Shown in pieces: positions 58,801 through 62,297 of a stretch of 62,297 nt of DNA (positions are counted from its first letter, which is position 1; the number at the start of each line of letters is the position of its first letter). Under the pieces are notes generated by a model that had not been told where the DNA came from, made no database searches, and saw only the letters and a program-made list of their open reading frames with translations. A program made the translations under genes and the position numbers. The stretch comes from a virus (Duplodnaviria; Caudoviricetes): positions 1 through 62,297 of IMG/VR virus record IMGVR_UViG_3300042893_000318. One strand, written 5' to 3'.

Positions 58801-60533
58801 CTAAATAAAGCTTTTAGGTGACCAATGCCTTTAATAACATAACCAATAAAGTTAGCAAACACACCAGTTAACATAATGATTGGGCCAGCCAAAGCAGTAA
58901 TTCCTGCTACAAGTGTGAGCATTGACTTAACTGGGCCAGGAAGCATTTCAATAAACTTAACTACCGAGCTTGTTAGATTTAAGAAGAATGTTTGAACATT
59001 TAAGAAAGACTCTCCAACTCCAGCTAAGTCTGCTTTTAATGTCTGTAGAGCTCTTTGATATTTACCAGAAGCGGATTCAGTAATCTGTGCTAATTCTCGG
59101 CCTGCTACATTTGCTAAATCTGCGCTACTTGCTTTCATCAAGTCCATAACTTGAAGAGTCTGAGATCCTTGTTTTCCAAGGTTAGCAAATAAAGCATTCA
59201 TTCTGGCAAATTGGAACTTGCCAAATAGCTGCTCGATTGCCTGTTGTTTTTGTAATGGATTTAGAGTATCTAATGCTTTTTGCAATTCTGAAATTGTATT
59301 TGTTAGATTGCCAGCATTCTTTGTTACTATTCCACTAAGGTCAATCCCCATGTCTGCAAATAATCCTTTTGCTACTTTTGTAGGATTAATTAATGATGCA
59401 AGCGCTGACTTAAGAGCGTTTGCTCCTTCTGACGCATTGATTCCGCCTTCTTTCATTGCTGTAAGATAAAGTGCTAAATCTTTTACGCTTCCGCCCATGC
59501 CTTGAATAACTGGACCAGCTTTTGGAATAGCTTCAATTAAATCTGCAAGGCTTGTTGATGTCTGGTTTTCAACTGCGTTAAGAAAGTTAATAGATTCAGA
59601 AAGTTGATCAGTGTTCTGTTTAAATGTAGTTTGAATTGCTAGAGTGGCTTTCATGGCATCTTGTCTGTCTACTTCACCAAGTACTGCTAGACGAGTTGTT
59701 TCTTTTGTTGATGCTAAAAGTTCGTTACCTTGTTTTCCTGTTGCTGCAATATCTGCCGCCAAAGCAATTGTTTCTTTAAAGGAGGATCCATACGCGGAGG
59801 CTAGTTCTCTAGCAGTTGCTGTAACATCTTTTCTGACCTTTGCTAATTCAATTGAACTAGTTGCTGCAACTCCACCATAAACCTTGGTAAGTCTTACAAG
59901 CTCTTGATCAGCTTCTCTAAATGCTTTAGATGCTGCCATGCCAAATGCTGCAATTGGAACTGTTAATCCAACTGTTAATTGACGACCTGCCCACTGAGTA
60001 TTCTTACCCCAGTTAATTAATTGAACTCCGCCGTCCTGAATAACTTTGTTATAAATTTGTAATTCTTTTTTAGCTATTGCTGTCTTATTGGCTACTGCGT
60101 CTAAGCCTTTTGGAACTTGTACATTAAACTTCATTAAGCCATCAGCTGTTCTACCTAATGGCTGTACAATAGCATTTTGAAGTGATACTTGCTGTCTAGC
60201 AAGGTCTCTGATTAATCCGCCTGAAGTTCTTGTGTGGTCTTGCCATGTTCTAAAATAATCTTTTAGCTTTAACTTTCCGCCATCTAAACTTCTGCCAAAG
60301 GCTTCTACCTGTGAACCTACTGTTACAAAATGAGAAGAAAACTGGCCAGTGCTTCTAAGCGTTTCGGAAAACGACTTTTGAATCTGGCCAGCCTGTGCTG
60401 CTAATGTCTTATTTGTTATGGATAGTTCTTGTTGTAATTTAGCTAGCGCTGCCGTGGTTCGTTGCACATCTGCAATTAACCCTGAAAAATCAGACCTAGC
60501 AACTATATTAGTTACTATCTGCTCATCAGCCAT
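49869..60533 (-). CDS. Tape measure protein (3554 aa) with multiple cargo domains
   Basis: Follows the tail chaperones; N-terminal TMP core (GRQLTVGLTVPI, EGANALKS); helical regions; internal CHAP and ART-like domains. Confidence 0.92.
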   Translation of the reverse strand: MADEQIVTNIVARSDFSGLIADVQRTTAALAKLQQELSITNKTLAAQAGQIQKSFSETLRSTGQFSSHFVTVGSQVEAFGRSLDGGKLKLKDYFRTWQDHTRTSGGLIRDLARQQVSLQNAIVQPLGRTADGLMKFNVQVPKGLDAVANKTAIAKKELQIYNKVIQDGGVQLINWGKNTQWAGRQLTVGLTVPIAAFGMAASKAFREADQELVRLTKVYGGVAATSSIELAKVRKDVTATARELASAYGSSFKETIALAADIAATGKQGNELLASTKETTRLAVLGEVDRQDAMKATLAIQTTFKQNTDQLSESINFLNAVENQTSTSLADLIEAIPKAGPVIQGMGGSVKDLALYLTAMKEGGINASEGANALKSALASLINPTKVAKGLFADMGIDLSGIVTKNAGNLTNTISELQKALDTLNPLQKQQAIEQLFGKFQFARMNALFANLGKQGSQTLQVMDLMKASSADLANVAGRELAQITESASGKYQRALQTLKADLAGVGESFLNVQTFFLNLTSSVVKFIEMLPGPVKSMLTLVAGITALAGPIIMLTGVFANFIGYVIKGIGHLKALFRGGEGFRLLTPEILAASKAGSLVEKTFYSDAAAADILSASLKNLITEFTILQQKAASGAISVQPTIATIAGTVALAGTPGGIYRGVSVDPSNPLVGRMGTRASAHMNPVGSMTEAERAAQTIFGMVPGPIPVNRKIGRNPQMYADHGLPAIPGLTTIGGVSTGVIPEEAAKWHAMTGAIAMQSEAEIALLKKEVAATGTVTHELSGSYQALLPEITRLTKLAAQEGAAIVAQTQAGAITVEQARAKIVALNARVEAMIAETTTQIAITQGRTANLTMVPFTNQPVVDPKTGKSNMKEMFHKTPTATLVDNVARALGGIRTSGGGFSTETTIRRNQGGPIYRNQGGPIYYNDGSRSVVPGPNVNKDVVPAMLTPGEFVVNKAATQANLPLLQAINGGRGIGGYNNNLGGFMSSTVVNAILRMFGVKSGSSKPAKLLGNWGMILPNSINRRLKYGRATGSELIPHIANSKNLIDVERFLSFKKVDPSDISYVQSEISKQIQSRISPDQLYGDPELGRIAFSVITSKIRALESKYPGISLAYQKDRMSPGRRDTQSSSSAHGPSPTGINVPGARPSSYGSGSGKGKDRTVWAHFGDQQFDDNIGMLARDLNIPQRKMGGPVSGAFPYVVGENGPELFVPQNSGKIIPGFNNGGQVQNFAQGGEVMAMLMRMIPGMAGYGLGSKLTGGSMMGGLLGSMGGDLLGNVLANKILNIGKAAGEVTKKVSLTQKALSFLKAKPVFGWTAALVAGAAIIKSVNDKVNEHRRVINLAFGQTAESASKLGINYKSLNEQLKDFKTQSDLAAAAAASFYASSTMVNGLNLTIKELKELKETVQKDLPDFIEVFNKAGADEVVQKASQLKSQFISGGMSAEKASNTIYALILSSDKASSALTVLADKGFGLIIDKSTAAISSVETFNGLLKEGNVDQIGDSFYSLISGVQEMEKSLIGTEDETGKIVDASKAWAITMEKVNAAQGSSESLTVAQYYALLKLAPELENVLNGSENTAAALAKWKIYLTGAKVELKSMTNDMAIALATAQINLSALLSGGSSGTDLDKLYNAIQKAEKSNTSNSDAIQKNAEKSRDAINAEIKLHQKNIDKIKEEADARRKSLSRQSEDEDILTQIKKKQLEYQDALAMGDSATAAQTQLDLQMLQRSQQKTLAIRAIDDKEKADTADQQAKIDKLQEKLENSSKILQKQLDGVKDATTKLEALKQLMLDTVAFINKSGNIDTQAEIDGANALQARADKLVPGLKIGVVAPTPAEKQMSDLMTKFGFPNLGTPNVKTGIDSILNQVLGEDGKSLTTADKNALANSGILTKILAAVSGKPTQIAAKDLITDGNKKFISPTTLSRYGIAPDEGKTTYIGKIIESDNQKYQIVSFNVSTGFTLKKLATGGPIKHYEPGGNVRGPGTGTSDSIPAMLSNGEYVIKADSVKKYGTGTFDALNAGKFADGGLTGNYPSKISVGSGKFLPVKPAGSVWQMPKEIERKDYKTEEEFTKAFYSNYGERFYTPPVKEYGIDKIKSPMGSLQRFLDIARSQVGSGHNYLVHSTANRKGIESQSVNKFSVWANKNYKLGSDLLYWCGAFIAWVAENSGVDISDKMFSAFQATRDYKKKGVFNDLSNKDNLKNIKIGDLAWFDFPDESGKQDGVPTHASIVSGIDKKSIKVIGQWGQGTVAENIYSPGGLFGRDTKYLFGTVSPSFAKLAMGGPVKHYRPGGNVSGPGTATSDSIPAMLSNGEYVIKADSVKKYGTETFDALNSGKFANGGYASNILKFDRGGFVINPIKSLIKNIVSKFTKPKAPIVVPRFATTAKTTTNSPLERSITDLFNSDVVVKRTIDASETPSRSGIYYIPKGKDGERAVKGAVDLQHEYTRAQGPYSLVNQAYSLDPRTPFGMYPATIMEAYNASGTFKNGLPRLTFSTDRSDDAEKGISTLKRLGFPVFDRTDSSVNSMYGPTYNPKNAAKIFAQESAMYNTALLKSAGGDFKPLNIDQLSAASIMFRDLMKYGAKGLDQVKMKDFLEQYNSGFANGGQVGIPHYKWGGFASLKNLFKKRTTGRAAVAAGAWQLGEEAEKALSLKWGANENASGFSKWGRALWRVAFNSAQGGVSGLAAAGGGGGVVGSVAGLVEGLVGLAKDGSQYGVKGGTGVKQYPKSWGQKNRSTLTALDAKKQLDAMGPSSIAQNVAISMGFGAGLDKTGKFIGKYVIPKLPDKVQSVLYKPVNLFNQYANYFKAKKLVKDDQWHGSFHKSNWDPPFSGTSVLDGSYGRDPHYGMGFFSTSSRPEAQLYEHGYNTPGTWGDGAGTMNKVTSIPRGKYIDFRNPNIKSQNYLLWKLLQGKDNHWSRDVSLGMPDYRYAGEELGSLMNQAGTTGSIMNRISAGQAPGDINDAVWLALNKPKGTVLEEETGFLLNKIRNSNLGSSLKTALKMSPSFIKDLIGMPYKPIHKVARKIPGLKKILPWPKPTDPISQFKNAYNFSKTGRSFKSEIIDRPRPVPRTGGPVSTFDDWMPTQPIHHPGEAFGELAGLIGKIIKDKAVSPLSSKIISPIKNKYGNLKDLITKIKENRSKEKLSDLIYRYTPFGSISALNQIRKLSDKNILDSGLTIKNKIWEKSKSDIPKDLDPSLLDLFDTPTFHGGSLPDNIYNRLKPGEQASTGSIFNFDLFTTVDKMLAREYAVGKNAEAGGSLWQTIWNTPKSMSKVWDMRGGRKSLWSQNKKAYAALEDYFINVLGHTRKHARALLLGERVPGVAHVRGGRDRIESYVPMNLNEIFSTVGKNGPEWIIDTIAHAGGALQGGAQHSVLTTLDPEKNIKRMINLLPQEELRKTFSVYKDMLPSTLERFIEQYAKFGKAFGVLGQGTFGKSKPHLPPDGVIMKNGGYINPSYSANMSVPQFKDGINMVPADMLALIHKNEAVVPANLNPFNPNANNATMAPAVYNISMTNNAAEGMDINTYSDMTTRKVLAEIKRLDVQRASMNGMGRRV
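53515..54640 (-). repeat. Two ~185-bp direct repeats (53515-53700 and 54458-54640) flanking a CHAP domain
   Basis: Both encode GGP.KHY.PGGNV.GPGT.TSDSIPAMLSNGEYVIKADSVKKYGT.TFDALN.GKFA.GG with high DNA identity. Confidence 0.9.
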
Positions 60534-60538
60534 CTATA

Positions 60539-61197
60539 TTACTCCTTAGAATAACCCAATCCTGCTCCGATACCAAATCCAGCTTGTGCTGCAAATGTTC
60601 CCTGTAGTGAAACTACATCGTCTCCACTTGCTTCTATTCCGAATACTCTTCTTTGGATATCTTCAAAAGTTGTGCCTTCTTCTTCTTTATTTTCATTTAA
60701 ATCAATGCCTTGTATTGAAGCTAAGAATCTACGTTTATCTTCTTCAGTTTTTTGCATTGCTTTAAAAGTTTGTACTAGTTCTGGCATTGAAAGATTATCT
60801 TCTAGTTCTTCGTAATTTTTCCAATTACCTAAAAGAAAAACTTCCCCTTCTAATGCGGCTAAATCTAGTTCTGACCAGCCAGAACCGCTGCCGCTAGAAG
60901 GTTTGGGTCATCCATCTTAATACCTCCGCAAATTTCAAGAATGCGGTTGATTGTTGGAACATCCAAAACATCTTCAAATGCGTCTCTATCTTTAGTTAAT
61001 TCTGGTAGCTGCTTTTCTAGTGCTACTGCACAAGCATCAATTAGAATTGTTAGAGTCTCATCTTCTGTTTCTGCCGTTGCGGTTTTTTGAATTGCCGCCA
61101 TGAACTTTCTTAGCTCTTTAATTGTGAGCGGCTTTAGTTTGACTACTGCGCCATTTTGTAATGTAATTTCTTCTACATCATATACTGTGCTTGCCAT
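60539..61197 (-). CDS. Tail assembly chaperone, long form produced by -1 frameshift
   Basis: Slippery heptamer C CCA AAC at 60901-60907; the -1 frame opens there and runs into ORF 60539-60787. Confidence 0.8.
60865..61197 (-). CDS. Tail assembly chaperone, short form
   Basis: Between the major tail and tape measure genes; LKPLTIKELRKF. Confidence 0.82.
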   Translation of the reverse strand: MASTVYDVEEITLQNGAVVKLKPLTIKELRKFMAAIQKTATAETEDETLTILIDACAVALEKQLPELTKDRDAFEDVLDVPTINRILEICGGIKMDDPNLLAAAVLAGQN

Positions 61198-61255
61198 TGT
61201 ATCCTCCTAGGATTGTCTTAATTATTATAACATATAGGTTTTATCACTACAAATA

Positions 61256-61286
61256 GAAAACCCCCCATTTCTGGGGGGAATTCTTT
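61256..61286 (-). terminator. Intrinsic terminator after the major tail gene
   Basis: Minus strand CCCCCCAG-AAA-TGGGGGG followed by TTTTCT. Confidence 0.7.
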
Positions 61287-61301
61287 AATTAAATAAATTA
61301 A

Positions 61302-62015
61302 TTATACTACTAGTACACGGTCAATAATTTTACCGTATTCTGATCCAGCATAGTCCGCATCTGGAAGAAGACGGAATGTTACTGGGAATGTGGTTGCTGC
61401 GTTACGAGCAAGTGAGAATTGTGACTGTTGTACAGACAAAACTCTACGTGCATAATATACACGCTCTGATGTTGTTGAGCTAGATGATGGGGCTTGTCCA
61501 ACTGCAATTAGCTGACGCTCTGTTGGAGCTTGTCCAAGAGCACCTCCAGCTATACCAAGTACCTGCTTGGTAGTAGTTGATGAACCTGATACTGCACCTA
61601 GTGTGTCTGCAGATTGTCCGAATACTGCTACAATATTTTCTAAAGTACCTTCTGACATTTCTGTTGCAATCATAACTTCCATTGCAGACTTGAACAGCTT
61701 AGCTGTATCAAGCAATTGATCAACGGTTACTGAGTCAAATGTTGGGTTGTATGTGACCTGAAGACCATTGTTGGTAAAACCAACGTTACGGTATCCAAAT
61801 AGTCCTGCTGTCTGGTTAACAGCATTAAGTGTATTTGCGTATGAAACTCCTGCTGCGAATGCTGGAACTCCTACTGTATTTGCGGCTGATCCAATACCTA
61901 CGTTAGATGGATCTGCGTTAGGGATATAATCTGCATCATTAATGTCAACAGTTGACAAAAATAATGGAGATGCTCCAACTAGAATATTTTTAGCGTTACC
62001 TACTGATTGTGCCAT
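61302..62015 (-). CDS. Major tail (tube) protein
   Basis: NILVGA, VGFTNNG, TVDQLLD and FPVTFRLLP; strong SD AGGAGG before MAQSV. Confidence 0.85.
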   Translation of the reverse strand: MAQSVGNAKNILVGASPLFLSTVDINDADYIPNADPSNVGIGSAANTVGVPAFAAGVSYANTLNAVNQTAGLFGYRNVGFTNNGLQVTYNPTFDSVTVDQLLDTAKLFKSAMEVMIATEMSEGTLENIVAVFGQSADTLGAVSGSSTTTKQVLGIAGGALGQAPTERQLIAVGQAPSSSSTTSERVYYARRVLSVQQSQFSLARNAATTFPVTFRLLPDADYAGSEYGKIIDRVLVV

Positions 62016-62117
62016 GTTATTTCCTCCTACTTTCAAAAGTATATTTTTAAATCATTTTGGCTGGCTAGGCCCTTTCCTCTATATCAAATAATACGCTATA
62101 ATGCACCTAAAGGCAAA

Positions 62118-62297
62118 TTAAAGAAATTTGCCGTCTAAGTCTAAATGTCTTGAATACTTTACCTCAATAATTACGTCTGTAGACAAGAATCCCTTTGACT
62201 CTTCTGATGGGCTAGTATTAGATATATCGGCCATATAAATGCTATGAAATTTAAACTTTTTTGATAAAGACGTATTGTTGTTAATATCTTTAGCCGA
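62118..62297 (-). CDS. 3' end of a truncated gene (probable tail completion protein)
   Basis: Open frame from the window edge (...SAKDINN...LDGKFL*) upstream of the major tail gene. Confidence 0.55.
   Translation of the reverse strand, partial: SAKDINNNTSLSKKFKFHSIYMADISNTSPSEESKGFLSTDVIIEVKYSRHLDLDGKFL

Noticed and set aside
1-62297. Stop-codon reassignment
   Set aside because: Long genes are intact under the standard bacterial code; TAA, TAG and TGA all terminate genes; no suppressor tRNA is present
1-62297. Prophage or integrated element
   Set aside because: No integrase, att site or host flanking genes are seen; the host-like genes are embedded among phage genes with the same strand and composition

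Overview
This window is a 62 kb piece of a large, AT-rich, tailed (siphovirus-type) phage genome, with essentially all genes on the minus strand. A whiB gene, many leaderless genes and low GC point to a low-GC freshwater actinobacterial host; this is an inference. Reading from the right end in transcription order: (1) a tail module with major tail protein, tail assembly chaperones with a -1 frameshift, a 3554-aa tape measure protein, minor tail proteins and an FN3/B-repeat fibre; (2) a replication and recombination module with phosphoesterase, DnaB, primase, SSB, DnaE, MazG, RecA, a Cas4-like nuclease and RuvC; (3) a glycosyltransferase / nucleotidyltransferase / IMPDH-GMPR cassette; (4) terminase subunits, two tRNAs, a CHAP endolysin and a thermonuclease; (5) a ~17 kb accessory region with Hsp20, GroES, thioredoxin, glutathione peroxidase, a subtilase, an Ntn/HslV-like protease, WhiB, two exported repeat-rich surface proteins and many Cys-rich microproteins; (6) a non-coding left end with clustered DnaA boxes. 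The most striking candidate system is the tape measure protein. It looks like a modular polyprotein in which repeated hydrophobic-x-x-GG linker modules separate cargo domains (a CHAP hydrolase, two ADP-ribosyltransferase-like domains, a possible GNAT-like domain). Also notable are a ROSE-like RNA thermometer on hsp20 and an unassigned pseudoknotted leader RNA. All functional calls come from reading motifs by eye; no database searches were run.
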